A stretch of DNA of 64,000 nt from Octopus sinensis (lineage: Eukaryota), in contig NC_043010.1 of the NCBI RefSeq assembly GCF_006345805.1, positions 21,204,001 to 21,268,000 on the forward strand, given 5' to 3'. Within the stretch, counting starts at the first letter, position 1. Each line of letters begins with the position of its first letter. A program made the position numbers and the translations under genes. Shown here piece by piece: positions 1 to 13,235 of this stretch. The notes under the pieces were generated by a model, which did not search any database, had not been told where the DNA came from, and saw only the letters and a program-made list of their open reading frames with translations.

Positions 1-20
1 ATTTATATAACAGAAAATTA

Positions 21-240
21 AAGAGGCTGGCAGAATCGTTAGCATGCTGGACGAAAATGCTAAGCAGTATTTCGTCTGCCGGTACATTCTGTGTTCAAAT
101 TCCGCCGAGGTCGACTTTGCCTTTCATTCTTTCGGGGTCGATTAAATTAGTACCATTTCGCACTGGGGTCGATGTAATCGACTTAATCCCTCTGTCTTTG
201 TCCCATCTATGTTTAACCCCTTATAGGCAATAAAGAAATA
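21..240 (+). mobile_element. tRNA-derived SINE, family A (tail A1)
   Basis: A-box-like ctggcagaatcgttagc, B-box-like gttcaaattcc, body ccgaggtcgactttgcctttc, tail ending ggcaataaagaaata; more than 10 related copies in the window. Confidence 0.85.
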
Positions 241-287
241 AGTTAAATATATATATATGTATGTATATATATATATGTAAATGACAG

Positions 288-428
288 TAGTCTCTGTCTA
301 CCAAATCCACTCACAAGCTTTTGGTTGGCCCGAGGCTATTGTAGAAGATATTTGCCCAAGATGCCACGCAGTGGGACTGAGCCCGGCACCATGTGGTTGG
401 GAAGCAAGCTTCTTACCACGCAGCCACG
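288..428 (-). mobile_element. tRNA-derived SINE, family B, 5' part
   Basis: Reverse complement gtggctgcgtggtaagaagcttgcttcccaaccacatgg...gtgagtggatttggtagac matches copies at 9152, 19679 and 41596. Confidence 0.85.
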
Positions 429-599
429 ATATTTTATTAGAAAGATTTCTGCTTCGTGAAGACTTGGTGCTACTAGATGTACTTTTAAAAGATGAAGTGC
501 TGTTACAAGAGACAAGACAGTGAAAAAAGCTAGTGGAGTTTCAAGCTATAGGATTGTGTGTTACGAGAGACAGTTGCAATAGTTCAGCGAAAAGTTACG

Positions 600-1500
600 G
601 TGGTCTGTTTGTTGTGTTGTCGATGGTGGGGTTCAAAATGGTTTCAGTGACAGTCATTTAAGGAGTGGTGATAATGGGAAAAGTAGTAGCGGTGCTGGTA
701 AGAATGTTGTTGATTGGAGTTATGTTAGCGGTGGTGGTGGTGGTGAAGAAGGCAGTGGCTGTGATGGCTGTTATTTAGGGAGTGTTGATGAGGGCAAGAA
801 TGGTGGTGTTGTGGCTGGTGGTGGCGAAAATGATTATAAAGGTAGACGTGGCAGTAGCAGCAGTTATTTAGTGGCGATTGGATAACAGTGGAGGCGGTGA
901 AGGTGGTAGTGGCTGTTGAGGTGGGGATTATACAGGTGGTGAAAGTGGCAGCGGGGTTAGTGATGTTTGTGACGGTGGTGGTAGCGGTTGTAGTGGTTAG
1001 TGGTTGTGATAGGTTTTAGAGATGATGGTAGTGCTGGTTGTGGTGATAACTGTGGTTGAGGCTGTATAAAAATGTGGGTGGTGTTGGTGATAGCAGTGGC
1101 AGTGATGGAGGGATGCTGATGGCAATAGTAGTGGTTGTAGTAGTGGTGGGTTCAGTGGCAGTTGCAGTAATTGCGGTGTGGGCGGTAGTGGAGTTAGCGG
1201 TTGTTGTGGTCGCACTTGTCTCGGTCACGATGACAAGAAATGGTGGTTGAAGTTTTGGTAGGAATGGTAGCCTGGAAGCTATTTGGTTGCAGTGGTGATA
1301 ATTCTTGATGTAGTAGTAGTGGTGGTGGTAGTAGCGGTGGTGGTAATAGTGGTGGTGGTAGTAGTGGTGGGGGTAATAGTGGTGGTGGTAGTAGTGGTGG
1401 GGGTAATAGTGGTGGTGGTAGTAGTGGTGGTGGTGGTAATAGTGCTCGTGGTAGTAGTGGTGGTGGTAGTAGTGGTGATGATGGTAGTGGCGTAATTGTC
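600..1500. repeat. GTG/GTA trinucleotide-rich low-complexity tract with a 30-bp subrepeat near 1343-1440
   Basis: Unit gtaatagtggtggtggtagtagtggtgggg present about 3 times; Thr-rich or Val-rich translations are broken by stops. Confidence 0.8.
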
Positions 1501-1739
1501 TTGGCCGCGATGACAGTCGTTTAAGACATGGAACTCTAAGTTCAATACCAATAAATAAAAGTTGCCATGTTGTTATTGTGGCTGTCGTTATTGTTGTTTT
1601 GTTGTTGTTTTTGTTGTTGTTGTGCTGGTAGTAGTAGTAGTGGTGGGGTTAGGTGTTGGTAGGCAGATTTTCCCGATTGAAAACTGCGTGGCTCATGGCT
1701 TTGGGCAATAGTGTAGTAATGGCGACTTAAGTACGTGTG

Positions 1740-2095
1740 TGTGTGTGTATGTGATTATGTGTGTTTGTGTGTTTGCGTGTGTGTGGTTATGTGTGTATGT
1801 GTACGTGAGAGTGTGTGCTCGCAGATGATCGCAGGTGTGTGCATATGTGTGTGTGCGCAAATGAGTGTGTGTGTGTATGTGTGCGCGCGCAGATGAGCGT
1901 GTGTGTATATGTGTGTGCGCGCAGATGAGTGTGTGTGTGTATGTGTGTGCGCACGCGCTGATGAGCGTGTGTGTGTGTATATGTATGTGCGTGCAGATGA
2001 GTGTGTGTGTGTGCGCGCGGATAAGCGTATGTGTATGTGTGTGTACGCGCAGATGAGTGCGTACAGATAAGTATGTGTGCGTGTGATCCCATGCA
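1740..2095. repeat. Compound minisatellite: (GT)n/(GC)n blocks anchored by GCAGATGAG about every 30-35 bp
   Basis: CAGATG at 1822, 1890, 1922, 1994 and 2050, with variants at 1858, 1958 and 2064. Confidence 0.8.
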
Positions 2096-2708
2096 TGTGT
2101 CCATCACGGGAGAAAGAATCCCACATGTATGGCGAATGGTATTAGTCGTTTGTCTTGGTGTTTATGACTTGGAGTAGTCGAGGTTTCGGCTCTAGTATAA
2201 ATGGTGGTGGTGGTTTGGGGCGCGGGGAGTGGGTTGAAAAATGGTCAAATTAGTTCAGCTGACAGCATGTGGTGACAACGTGCGTGATGTTGTGACTGAA
2301 GTGAGTGGCGGCGGCGGCGGCGGTGGTGGTGATTGGCGTTTGTGTGCTGGTGGTTATAACAAAGGAAGCAACGACATTAGGGACAGGGTTGGGCATGGTA
2401 GGAGTGACAGTGGCAGTGTTTGTGGTGGTAGGGGTGATGAAAATAATGGTATTCATTGGAGAGGCGTGGGCTGTGTCGCTGACTTAGAAGCGAACATGAC
2501 CCATCTGGCTTTACATACATTTCTGTGTTCTATGGTTGTCTATTGGTGCGAAGTTTGACATGCAACGACTGTTGTTGATGTTGTTGTTGCTGCTGTTTAA
2601 ACTTTTGTCAGTCCTGATCACGAAGGCCCGTGTTCAAATACTATTCAATCCCGAGTATCTTACCTTTAATTCAAGAATATGTTTGTCTCAAATTTTGGCA
2701 CGTATCAT

Positions 2709-2900
2709 CGGCGCAGACATGAATTTGTGGTTATGAAGTTCGCTTCTCAAAGACAGAGGCCAAAATTCGATTCCTTGGCGAGACAAGTGTCTTCTACTGT
2801 GTCGGCAAGTCGATTGCATCGGCCCTAGTGCACACCTGGTACTTATCTTATCAACCGCGATGGTATGAAAGGCAAAGTCGATCGCGGCGAAATTCGAACA
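2709..2900. mobile_element. Family-B-like SINE head (+) fused to a partial family A SINE (-)
   Basis: ggcgcagacatgaatttgtggttatgaagttcgcttctc...aagtgtcttctact, then tggtacttatc...aaaggcaaagtcga (reverse of the family A body). Confidence 0.6.
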
Positions 2901-3469
2901 AAATGTTGCAAACCATTCTGTCAGTTCGCTTGTACTTGTTATCATAGATATGTCCTGTTTTTAAGATACTGATGTTTATTTTGAGGGCTGATTGGTAGAT
3001 ATTTTTAGCAAATTTCTCTTGGAATTTATTATCAGATGTATCCTTGTTTGAGGGAGCTGATTAGAATATAGTACAGTGGAAACCAAAACTGGAGATCTCG
3101 GTTCTATCTCCTCATAAAGCAAGATGTAGGAGCCACAGCAATTTGGAATCGTGTGAGGGAGAAAAAAGTTACAACAAATAAAGATGAACAACATGTTCAA
3201 GGTTGAGGAAAGAGAAGAACAATGGAAGAACTAAGAGTAAAAACAGGAACCAAATGAAGACATGACGTTGTTTGAGACTACAAGAGTATTTGTGGAATCA
3301 ATCTCACACTTCGGGTAGAGCAGCAAATGGTACTCCGCCGGTTACGACGACGAGTGTTCCAGTTGAGCCGATCAAAAAAACAAAAACAAAAGAAAACGAA
3401 GCCAATACGTGGAATTAACATGCAAGTGGTTGAGCACATTACAAACACGTGTACCCCTAACATAGTTCT

Positions 3470-3630
3470 CAAGGAGATTCAGTGACGCATTGAGTTACAG
3501 GTCCGACTCATTTTTCCTAGCTGAGTGAACGTGAAATAAAGAGTCTTACTCAAAGACACAGTACCCTGTCGAACTGATAACTTGCGATCGTCAGCTGAAT
3601 ACGTTAACCACTAAGCCAGCCGCCTTCACA
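3470..3630 (-). mobile_element. Degenerate tRNA-derived SINE
   Basis: Reverse complement ggcggctggcttagtggttaacg...gttcga...gtgtctttgagtaagactctttatttcacg has A/B-box-like motifs. Confidence 0.5.
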
Positions 3631-3679
3631 AAGTTGTAAGAACAATTGAGAAAAAGGAAAGGAGGGAAGAGGGAGGAAG

Positions 3680-3891
3680 GGAGCGCTGGCAGAAACGTTA
3701 GCACGCCAGACGAAAATCTTGGCGGTATAAAGTTTATCTTTAAGTTCTGAGTTCATATTCAGCCGAAGTCGACTTTACTTTTCATCCTTTCAGGGTCGAT
3801 AAATCAAATACCAGTTGCATACTGGAGTCGGTCTAATCGACTGGCCCCCTTCCCCCTAAATTTCGGTCCTTGTACCTAGAGTAGAAAAGAA
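3680..3891 (+). mobile_element. SINE family A (tail A2)
   Basis: Family A head and body with the alternative tail ggcccccttcccctaaatttcggtccttgtacctagagtagaaaagaa. Confidence 0.8.
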
Positions 3892-4058
3892 CACTATAGA
3901 AGAAGGAACATTTCTACATCATTGATGAGGAAGCTGAAATTCCTGTACCGAAAATACATTTCCAGATTTGTTACCTTTTATATTAGAATATGTTATGTAC
4001 CCACTCGTAAAGTCGAAATCATGGCTGGATTTTTTTTGAGAAAGAACGCATCCCGTAA

Positions 4059-4281
4059 TTCTTTCTCCTATAGGTGCAAGGCCTGAAACTTTGTGGGGAA
4101 GGGCCAGTTGATTGCATCAAACCTAATGCTCAAATAGTGCTTATTGTATCGACCGCGAAAAAAATAAAAGGCAAAGTTGACCTCGGTGACATTTGAACTC
4201 AGAACCTCAAGAGCCAGAAAAAATGCTGCAAAAAAAACGTATTGTACCCTACGCACTAAGATTCTCCCTGCTCGTCGCCTT
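4059..4281 (-). mobile_element. SINE family A (tail A2), degenerate
   Basis: aaaggcaaagttgacctcgg...atttgaactcagaac is the reverse of the family A body. Confidence 0.7.
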
Positions 4282-4349
4282 AATTCACATAATAAATATT
4301 TATATCGAGTACAAAAAGTAGCAGAAACTTTATTTCAAAGATGAGGCTG

Positions 4350-4725
4350 TAAGGCTGGCGATACCATTAACACACCGGACGAAAGACTTAGAGTTGAAAT
4401 TCCGGCGAGGTCGACTTTGCCTTTCGTCCTTTCGAAGTCTATAAAATAAGTACCGGTTATGCACTGGGGTCGATGTAATCGACTTAATCCGTTTGTCTGT
4501 CCTTGTTTGTCCCCTCTATGTTTAGCCCCTTGTGGGTAATAAAGAAACAGATACTGTTAACACACCGGACGAAAGCCTTAAAGTTCAAATTCCGCCGCGG
4601 TCGACTTTACCTTTCTTCCTTTCGGAGTCGATAAAACAAGCACCAGTTATTCACTGGGGTCGATGTAATTGACTAAGCCCCTCCCTACAAATTTCGGGCC
4701 TTGTACGCAGAGTAGGAAAGAATTT
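4350..4725 (+). mobile_element. Tandem pair of family A SINEs (4350-4548 tail A1; 4551-4725 tail A2)
   Basis: Both begin ttaacacaccggacgaaag(a/c)ctta and jump directly to the B box; the tails differ. Confidence 0.8.
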
Positions 4726-4884
4726 CATTTCAAAGATAAAAAACAGGATGAAAAGTATGATGAAAAGAATTACGCGGGGAACCTGTCAATGTAAGGACTT
4801 AAGCTTCAATAAGCAACAGAAAAACCGACACATAAATATTTGCATACATAGAAATGTTTATATATAAGTCTATACATAGCTCTA

Positions 4885-5165
4885 CATTGTTGTTTGTTCC
4901 TTCTCGAGCCACGCCTGGCTCGTAAGGGCCGGTTTCCCTGGCGTATAGGTTCTCCACCTGGACAGGACGCCGGTCCGTCGCAGGTGAGCTGCAAGATGCA
5001 GGAGGAAGGAGTGAGAGAAAGTTGTGGCGAAAGAGTCGGCAGAAGTTCGCCTTTACCTTCTGCCAGAGCCGTATGGAACTTAGGTGTTTCGCTCATAAAC
5101 ACACACATCGCCTGGTCTGAGATTCGAATCCGCGATCCCTCGACCGCGAGTCCGCTATGTGCCTC
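4885..5165 (-). mobile_element. SINE with a family C head and a different (possibly RTE-derived) tail
   Basis: Head gcggactcgcggtcgagggatcgcggattcgaatctcagacc is shared with 7865-8242; tail ends gagccaggcgtggctcgagaaggaacaaacaacaa. Confidence 0.6.
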
Positions 5166-6214
5166 CACACATAGCTCTACATACGTACATGCAAATGTAT
5201 GCAAGTACACAATTATGTATGTTGTATGTATGTATGTATGTATGTATGTATGTACGTATGTATGTATGTGTGGTCCTTAATGTATGAAATATATAAAACA
5301 AATGCAACTTCATTCATGTAATCCTTACATTGTATTAGCGGTATACGATGATTACAATAATAATGGTCAGTGTTAGATCAGTTTGAGCATTTTCGTTATA
5401 TACATCCACAGCTTGCACTTTTAACATAACAGAAAATAAAGTAACTTTTCTGTACAACGAGAACAAAAGATATATCTAGTCTTTACAAATCAGATCTGGT
5501 TTATTCTGGAATAATTCTCTGATCAATGCAGACTGAAAGTTAATAAATAAGTATCAAACAGCCAAACCTTTTTGCAAAATAATAAATAAAAATACAAGTA
5601 AAACGGCTACGTTTTCTGAATCCTGTCATTTCTCCGGGCAACAGGGAATCATAATTATACGGTGGTAATACTTGTGATTAGTGTAACAAACAATACAATA
5701 AATAGTATTGTATAAAAGTATTAAAAAAATGGTGGAGACGTTACACAGAAGGCAATTCTAAATGTGATATCTTAATATTGCTATCATTAAATATTTCCTT
5801 AAAACAATAGCGTATAATATTATAATAATAAAACTGGGATAAAGAGAAAGGGAGAGGGACAGAGGGGAAAAGAGAAAGAGGAGAACAGACAATGAAAATA
5901 GACTAGATAACTACATTGAATTTGCAGAAAGCTTCTGTTACGGCTTCGTATTAGGGCGATCGGAAGGCAGACTATAGTGTGAATGAGACTAATGCTTTGT
6001 GAGATGAAGTACATAATTATGGTTTATGTTGTAGAAGGAGTATTTAACTTCTTTCTCCCTTTGTATGGAGACACAATAGGCCCTAAAGAAACTGTGAATT
6101 AGAACTGGGAAGGAAGCGATATTGAAGGGAATCTAATGTTATGATGAAAACACGACAGAGATAGACTTAGAGACAAAGAGTGAGTGAATGTGTGAGAGAG
6201 GGAGAAAGAGAGGG

Positions 6215-6255
<41 letters not shown>

Positions 6256-6289
6256 TGAGGTCGTTTGTTGACTTGTCGTACACACATAT

Positions 6290-6400
6290 CGGCGCAGGCA
6301 TGAATGTGTGGTTATGAACTTCGCTTCTCAAACAAAAGGGCCCAAGTTCGATTTCATGGTGAGACAATTTGGACAAGTGTCTTCTACTATGTTGGCCAAT
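6290..6400 (+). mobile_element. Family-B-like SINE head, same subtype as 2709
   Basis: ggcgcaggcatgaatgtgtggttatgaacttcgcttctcaaa...caagtgtcttctactat. Confidence 0.55.
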
Positions 6401-6592
6401 ACTAGATGGGTGAGGCTTAATTAGCGGAAAACTAGGCAGCAGTTCGTCCCACAAACATACATATACAGGTACATGTATTGATAGCACGTCTATCCAATTT
6501 AGCGACGGCCGAGAAACTGCTAATACAAAGAAGGAAAGAACCAAGAAAGAAAAGGCGAAGAAAACAGATGTCTCAAGTTCGTTCATTGAGGA

Positions 6593-6823
6593 TTAGCTCT
6601 TTAGCGTTCAGATTATTCTGTCAAATTTGATGCTTATTTATTTGCCTTATTTAAATTTAATCGTTAATTTATTATCTCACCACTTCGTAACTTCAACGAT
6701 ACGATTATTTATTTTAGAATGACATTGCAGGGTAAATATGAAAGGTCAAATATGGCCAGTTTGACGATAAAAGAGATAGAATATTTAGGTTGGCTATGAC
6801 CGGTTTGAATGCTAAACGGTCAA
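6593..6823. mobile_element. Probable MITE with decayed terminal inverted repeats
   Basis: Left ttagctctttagcgttca and right tgaatgctaaacggtcaa are imperfect inverted copies resembling TTAA-CCC (piggyBac-type) ends. Confidence 0.4.
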
Positions 6824-7864
6824 GGAAGATAATGACTTCAAACATGCAGCCCTGCAACAGGGGCCGCCTCCCATAGAGGATCAGAACATCACAACTGCTT
6901 CCGCCTATACTGCACTTACTGTGTGGATGTAGGTACGAACTGGGTGTGTTTCATTGTCATATACGTGCAATACCACAAATGTCAGAAGGAAAGGTCAGCT
7001 GTCTTTGACTCTAAGAAGTTTCAGCTTACAGCCATGACAGACTTGGCATCACTTCAACAGATGGTGCAGTCTAAAACACTTTCTGTGCACCTGAAACTAC
7101 GGAAATGGTAATAATACATTGCTGCAAATGTGCAGCAACCACAACAGATGCCCCAACCACCACAGAGTTGGCTTTTAGAAGAAGGTTTTTAGCGCACCTC
7201 TCACTCGCAGAATCAGATACGAGACTAGCACATTCTTTTTTAGAGAGAAAGAACTAAGTGTTCATCGGACTCTAACGTTCTTCCACAATATTTTTCAGTG
7301 GTGAGATGAAGTCAAGAAGTCTAAACTTTTATGCAAATGCAGAACACAGAAAAAGGAACTCAGTCAATCGCCAGACCTCGCCGTGCCATCTGTCATAGTG
7401 TGTGTTCAGGATATAGAATATTATCTCAGGTATTTGTGCATCATGGTCTCTAATCCAGCATGCTGATATGTTGCCTCCTGCGCTAGTTGCCGCCATTGGT
7501 CTGTTATCGCCAACTTTAAAACTGTGAAAGTGAAGGTCATATGTTGCTTCCACGCTTCTTTTGAATACATAAAAGGTAGCTCTGACTATGCATACACATA
7601 TCTAATGTGCATATGGATACATAACTGGATGGACACTGACTCTCTTGAGTTTCACTTTCATTTGACAAGTCCAGTTTTTCATCCTGCAGGGTGTTTAGTA
7701 TCAACTATTTTGCCGAGCAAGCTTGGAATTGGGGCTGCCAATTTAATTGCACACCATTCGACCACACAACAAGCTATACTGAGCTCCATATTCCTAGTAG
7801 CGTTCTCGAGTGATTCAAAATACAAACATACATGCATATTTAAAAATGTACGTATTGAAGAATA

Positions 7865-8242
7865 GAGGCGCAATGGCCCAGTGGTTAAGGTAGCGGACTC
7901 GCGGTCGTAGGATCGCAGTTTCTATTCCCAGACCAGGTTTTGTGAGTATTTATTGAGCGAAAACATCTAAAGCTCCATGAAGCTCCGGCAGGAGGTGGTG
8001 GCGAACCCTTCTGTATTCTTTCACTACAACTTTCTCTCACTCTTTCTTTCTGCTTCTGTTGTACCTGTATTTCAAAGGGCCAGCCTTGTCACACTCTGTG
8101 TTACGCTGAATCTCCCCGAGAACTACGTTAAGAGTACACGTGTCTGTAGAGTGCTCAGCCACTTGCACGTTAATTTCACGAGCAGGCTGTTCCGTTGATT
8201 GGATCAAATGGAACCCTCGTCGTCGTAACCGACGGAGTACCA
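7865..8242 (+). mobile_element. tRNA-derived SINE, family C, full length
   Basis: A box ggcccagtggttaagg, B-box-like gtttctattccc; body and tail related to 15568-15729 and 42225-42530. Confidence 0.85.
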
Positions 8243-9151
8243 CGTATTGAAGAAGCCAGTAACTATTCAGGCAGAGGTAATCACCTTTACACCATAATAT
8301 GTGCAGCCACTTAGCTGTAACATTTCTTTTACAACTGCGCAACACAAAATTCTCTCTGACCATCTCGACCAATGAGAATAGTCTAAACCGATGACTGGCT
8401 ATTATAATTTAGCTTCCCAGTTTATTTCATTTCAATCCTATACGAATAAGTGTAAAAGTCAGGAAACAGAATTATTTGATGCCTCCATTTCAATATAAAA
8501 CCTATATGACGCATATAGTATTTGTTCTTTTGTTTTTACAAAGAGAACACAAACATACATGCATACAATCACGCAAACACACACACAAACATACACACAC
8601 ATACACACACACACACACTCACACACACACGCGCGTGCGTACATACACATACATGCATGTATGCTTTTTGCTTTGTGTTTTATTTCTAAGTTCGTCTTAA
8701 GAGCGTTCAAGTCAGTCGCTGACGAAGTGACAAGACTTTTTGAGGGAAGAGAATCCCCGGTGTTTGTAAATATCTGGTTGAGTTGGAGTGTGGGTTCAAC
8801 TGCCGATGCATTAATCCAAGCGTGAGTGTGCATCTCTTCGTCTAAAGAACCTCAGACAGAAAATCTTTAGAATATCTTACAGATCTTCACTGTGCAGTTA
8901 GTAGATTGTATGTTTGCATGTATGTCATTGTTCAGTTTTATTTTCAAGATTTCTTGCCAATAGAAAAAGAGTCGGTTTCTAAACTAGATCCAAGGCTCCT
9001 TCAATGGAAGTTCAACATCAAAGAACAGTATTTTTGTATGTATGTATATGTGCAGGCTTGTATGTTTTGCTTTATGTATGTATTCTCATGCATATTGTGT
9101 ATGTTTGTATAACGTATGTTTGTTTGTATGTATGTATATATGTATGTATAC

Positions 9152-9330
9152 CCTTTTACTTTTTTACTTGTTTCAGTCATGTGATTGTGGCCATGCTGGA
9201 GCACCGCCTTTAGTCGAGCAAATCGACCCCAGGACTTATTCTTCGTAAGCCAGGTACTTATTCTATCGGCCTCTTTTGCGGAACCGCTAAGTTACGGGGA
9301 CAAATACACACACACACATACATACATACA

Positions 9331-9383
<53 letters not shown>

Positions 9384-9655
9384 CATACATACGACGGGCT
9401 TCTTTCAGTTTCCGTCTACCAAATCCACTCACAATGCTTTGGTCGGCCCAAGGCTATAGTAGAAGACACTTGCCCAAGGTGCCACGCAGTGGGACTGAAT
9501 CCAGAACCATGTGGCTGGTTAGCAAGCTACTTACCACACAGCCACTCCTACGCCTATTAAAGGTAAAGTCGACCTCGGTGGAATTTGAACTCAGAAGACA
9601 GACGAAACACCGGTAAGCATTTCGCCCGGTGTGCTAACGATTCTGCCAGCTTGCC
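9152..9655 (-). mobile_element. Full family B SINE (9152-9555) adjacent to the 5' part of a family A SINE (9559-9655)
   Basis: Both match the other copies; family B carries its usual internal (CA/TA)n tract. Confidence 0.85.
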
Positions 9656-10833
9656 AAGTTCTGTATGTATATAAACAATTTATATGGTTCTAACAAAAGG
9701 TGAGTTTCACGAATTCAAAATTACCTGGTCGATTATAGATGAAGTGGGGCTACAAAAGAGCAGCAGTTACAAATCAAAATGCAGTGTGACCTTTGGAAGT
9801 AAAATTAAGAATTTTGTTGTACGGAAGTAACGATTTAAACAACAGAACTAAACTGTTAGTATATTGTATGCACGGAAGTAAGTATATTTCATTTAAGTAT
9901 CAGCTGCTTTGTCTTTTGACTTAGTTCAGAGAGAAAAAAAAATTGGGGATTGGAAGCGTTTAAAAAATTCCTTGAATATATTGCTTAAAAAACAATCTCC
10001 CGAGAGCACTCTTCTGAGCGTGACCTGTCTACTATGAAGTTTAAAAGCCAAATGCAAGGATACGTTGAAAAATAAAAATGTTTGGAGTATCCCACGAGAG
10101 CCAGAAAAGAACATAAATAATTTACTGACTGACCGTCCTCCTCGTATTTTTGTCAATCCAGTTTCACTAATAAAACACACTTCGACACGAGTATACAGTA
10201 GATGATACTTTTTGGAGATACGGCGCAACGAGATCAGACCTGTTACTACTTGACTGCGAAGTGAACGTCTTAACTACATGTCATATGTAGTATTTTTAGA
10301 CATTACTTGATAACCTAAACTAGAATGGGCAAGTCATTCCTTATGCTATCAACACACCGACATCGATATTATTGATAAAAAACAAATTTATTTCCCTATG
10401 TTTTTACATAAACAAACTTAAAATGGGATAAAATTTTTCTAAATTTCTCAGCTCACTTGGTAATTGTTAACTGTAGCTAAAAAGATTGTATCCACTAAAC
10501 AAATTAAACACAATAAACAGGGGTCACAACGACACTATTTGCAACATCAGTCACAACGAGGCTTTTCATAAAACCATTCATTAGAAAATAAGGAATAAAG
10601 AAAGAAATAGAAAAGAAACTTTGATAATGAAGGAAGGTCATTTGAAATCTCAGACAAATCACCAGAATGAAGTCTTTCTCCTTGTCTAAAACATTACCAA
10701 ACAGACATACACACACTCCAGGACATATATACATACATACACACATATACATACCCATACATATATATTATGTATAAGTTTGAGATTTTCTGTCTTGTAC
10801 GTATTTACGCAGTGTGTGTGTATATGTGTGTGC

Positions 10834-10894
<61 letters not shown>

Positions 10895-11011
10895 GCATTT
10901 GTATATATGTATGTGTAATCATATATATAATTATACATATATGTAGATATATGTAGATATATACATGTATGTATGTATGTATGTATGTATGTATGTATGT
11001 ATGCGTGCGTG

Positions 11012-11050
<39 letters not shown>

Positions 11051-11949
11051 ATATGGAATGCATATGTATATATTTTTGAAACGTGCGTGTGTGAAATGCA
11101 AATGTATTTGTGAATCTATGCGGAATGATTGGATGGTTTTGTGTTACGAAGTAATTTTTTTTACAAACCAAACGCTACAAAAACAACACCAGCAACGAGA
11201 AGAACAAGAAAAAGTTGGAGGAAATGATTTATCTAACCGACTCAAAAGCATTTATGTTGCTTTTGGAGTTTGTTTTTGTTTTTGGTTTTTATTGTTCTGT
11301 TTTTGTTATTAGATTAATGTAAATGTCTTATGGTTTATTCTTTTGGTGAAATACGAGAATTAAAGAATGGTTCCATCGACGTTTCTTATTAATCAGAAAT
11401 AGTCCTATGTTTGCCTGCTGAAAAAACAGTTATTCAACCCCAGAAATATTTACTCAACGAGTATTTATTGATAAGAAAATAGAAAAAATAATAAAATAGA
11501 ATCATAAAAGAATGATACATTTTGTAAATAAACGTCATTAAAAGCCATAAATATCTGTCTTGGACAAGATTTCGTTGTCTTACTCAAAGTTTCTTAATAA
11601 ACCAAATACACAACAATTTAAATGCCGTAAAAAATACGTACTCTTGAAGATATTTTGGTTTATGCTTTTTGTAAAAGAGGACTAAAATCATTTTAACACT
11701 TAGTGGTGATCTAAGCTTTGCGGGGTTGTCGGCTGGCAGGTTTGACGTTGGTAAAACATCACAAACTTTGGATTTTTTAAATCACAAAATATGTCGCCCA
11801 TAAATAATTGCTCGGGATGGCAACTCTAACAATATTTGGGAATAACTGTTACGTAATATATTCGCATGCGCAGTAGACGATTGCAGTCTTCGTCTCCAGA
11901 ATAGTTTCGAAGTGTCATCACATTAGATGTATATTTCTACCCTATCTTT

Positions 11950-12178
11950 CTACCCTTGTTTGTCCTCTCTGTGTAGTCCCTTGTGGGTAGTAAAGAAATA
12001 GGTATTTCGTCTGCTGCTACGTTCTGAGTTCAAATTCCGCCGAGGTCGACTTTGCCTTTCATCCTTTGTGGGTCGATTAAGTACCAGTTACGCACTGGAG
12101 TCGTTATAATCGAATTAATCCGTTTGTCTGTTCTTGTTTGTCCCCTCTGTATGTAGCCCCTTGTGGGCAATAAAGTAA
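11950..12178 (+). mobile_element. Family A SINE tail followed by a 5'-truncated family A copy (tail A1)
   Basis: ...cccttgtgggtagtaaagaaata|ggtatttcgtctgctgctacgttctgagttcaaattcc... Confidence 0.8.
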
Positions 12179-12859
12179 AGAAAAAAAGTTTAAAAAAAGT
12201 TCTGGACGTGTGCAAAGCGATCATTTTGCTAGAACTTTTCTTCAACTTTATCAATGCACCAATATAGAGTTTGGTGGTTCCAAACTACTCGAAAGAGCAT
12301 GAAGCTTCATCGGTGATACTCTGTCTTCTCCAGTCTTCTACAATTAATCGTAAACCAGTTGTTGCAACATGAACAAATTAATTTAATAAAGCAGATAAGA
12401 TGGTCTTGAACATATTCAAGAAATCACCATGTTATATTTTGATAAAGGAGACATAGCCGGTTCTTCGCCTCTGTTTTGACATCAAGGGGCAGCCAGCTGC
12501 TTCGTCATTGGATTAAGCCGTTGGACCAGCTACGGAGGTGCCATAGATTTGCTTGATCAGAGTGGACCTTAAGCAAGAAAACAACAACAAAAAAAACCAT
12601 CAAGGAAACACCGATAGCGATCACGTATCATACAATCAGTTGAAATATAGATAAATGATCAGGTATTTGACATTGTAAGAGAATCTAAAAATGGATTTTG
12701 GTGAAAGAGGGAAGAGATACGAGCGGAATAAAGACGTAACGAATAGATCGATTATTTGCACGTAAAAGCAGAAACACTCAAACATTGTCACAAGACACAA
12801 AAACGTATTTCACTAACACAAACAACGGCTTTGTTTGTTTCTTTCTTTCTCACTTGATT

Positions 12860-12911
<52 letters not shown>

Positions 12912-12953
12912 TACATATATATATATGTATGTATGTATATATATGTATGTATG

Positions 12954-12998
<45 letters not shown>

Positions 12999-13127
12999 CG
13001 TATATGCGTGTGCATGTTTGTGTATGTATGTATTATGTATCTAGATATGCATGTATGTATATATATATGTATATATATATGTGTGTTTGGGTGTGTGTGT
13101 GTGTGTGTGTATATATGTATCTATGTA

Positions 13128-13235
13128 TGCATGGCTGCGTGGTTGCATGGTAAGAAGATTGCTTCCCAACCACATGGCTCCGGGTTCAGTCCCACTGCGT
13201 GGCTCCCTGGGCAAGTGTCTTCTGATATAGCCTCA
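13128..13235 (+). mobile_element. Family B SINE head
   Basis: gcatggtaagaagattgcttcccaaccacatgg...gggcaagtgtcttct. Confidence 0.75.

Noticed and set aside
430-1551. Mucin-like Thr-rich protein on the minus strand
   Set aside because: Many stops and frame changes; explained by ACC/ACT simple-repeat composition
1820-2070. CRISPR-like repeat-spacer array
   Set aside because: The spacers are themselves dinucleotide repeats, the anchor is only about 9 bp, the context is eukaryotic and there are no cas genes
7865-7935. tRNA genes at SINE heads (also 21, 3680, 41596 and others)
   Set aside because: A/B boxes are present but there is no complete cloverleaf; each continues into a SINE body
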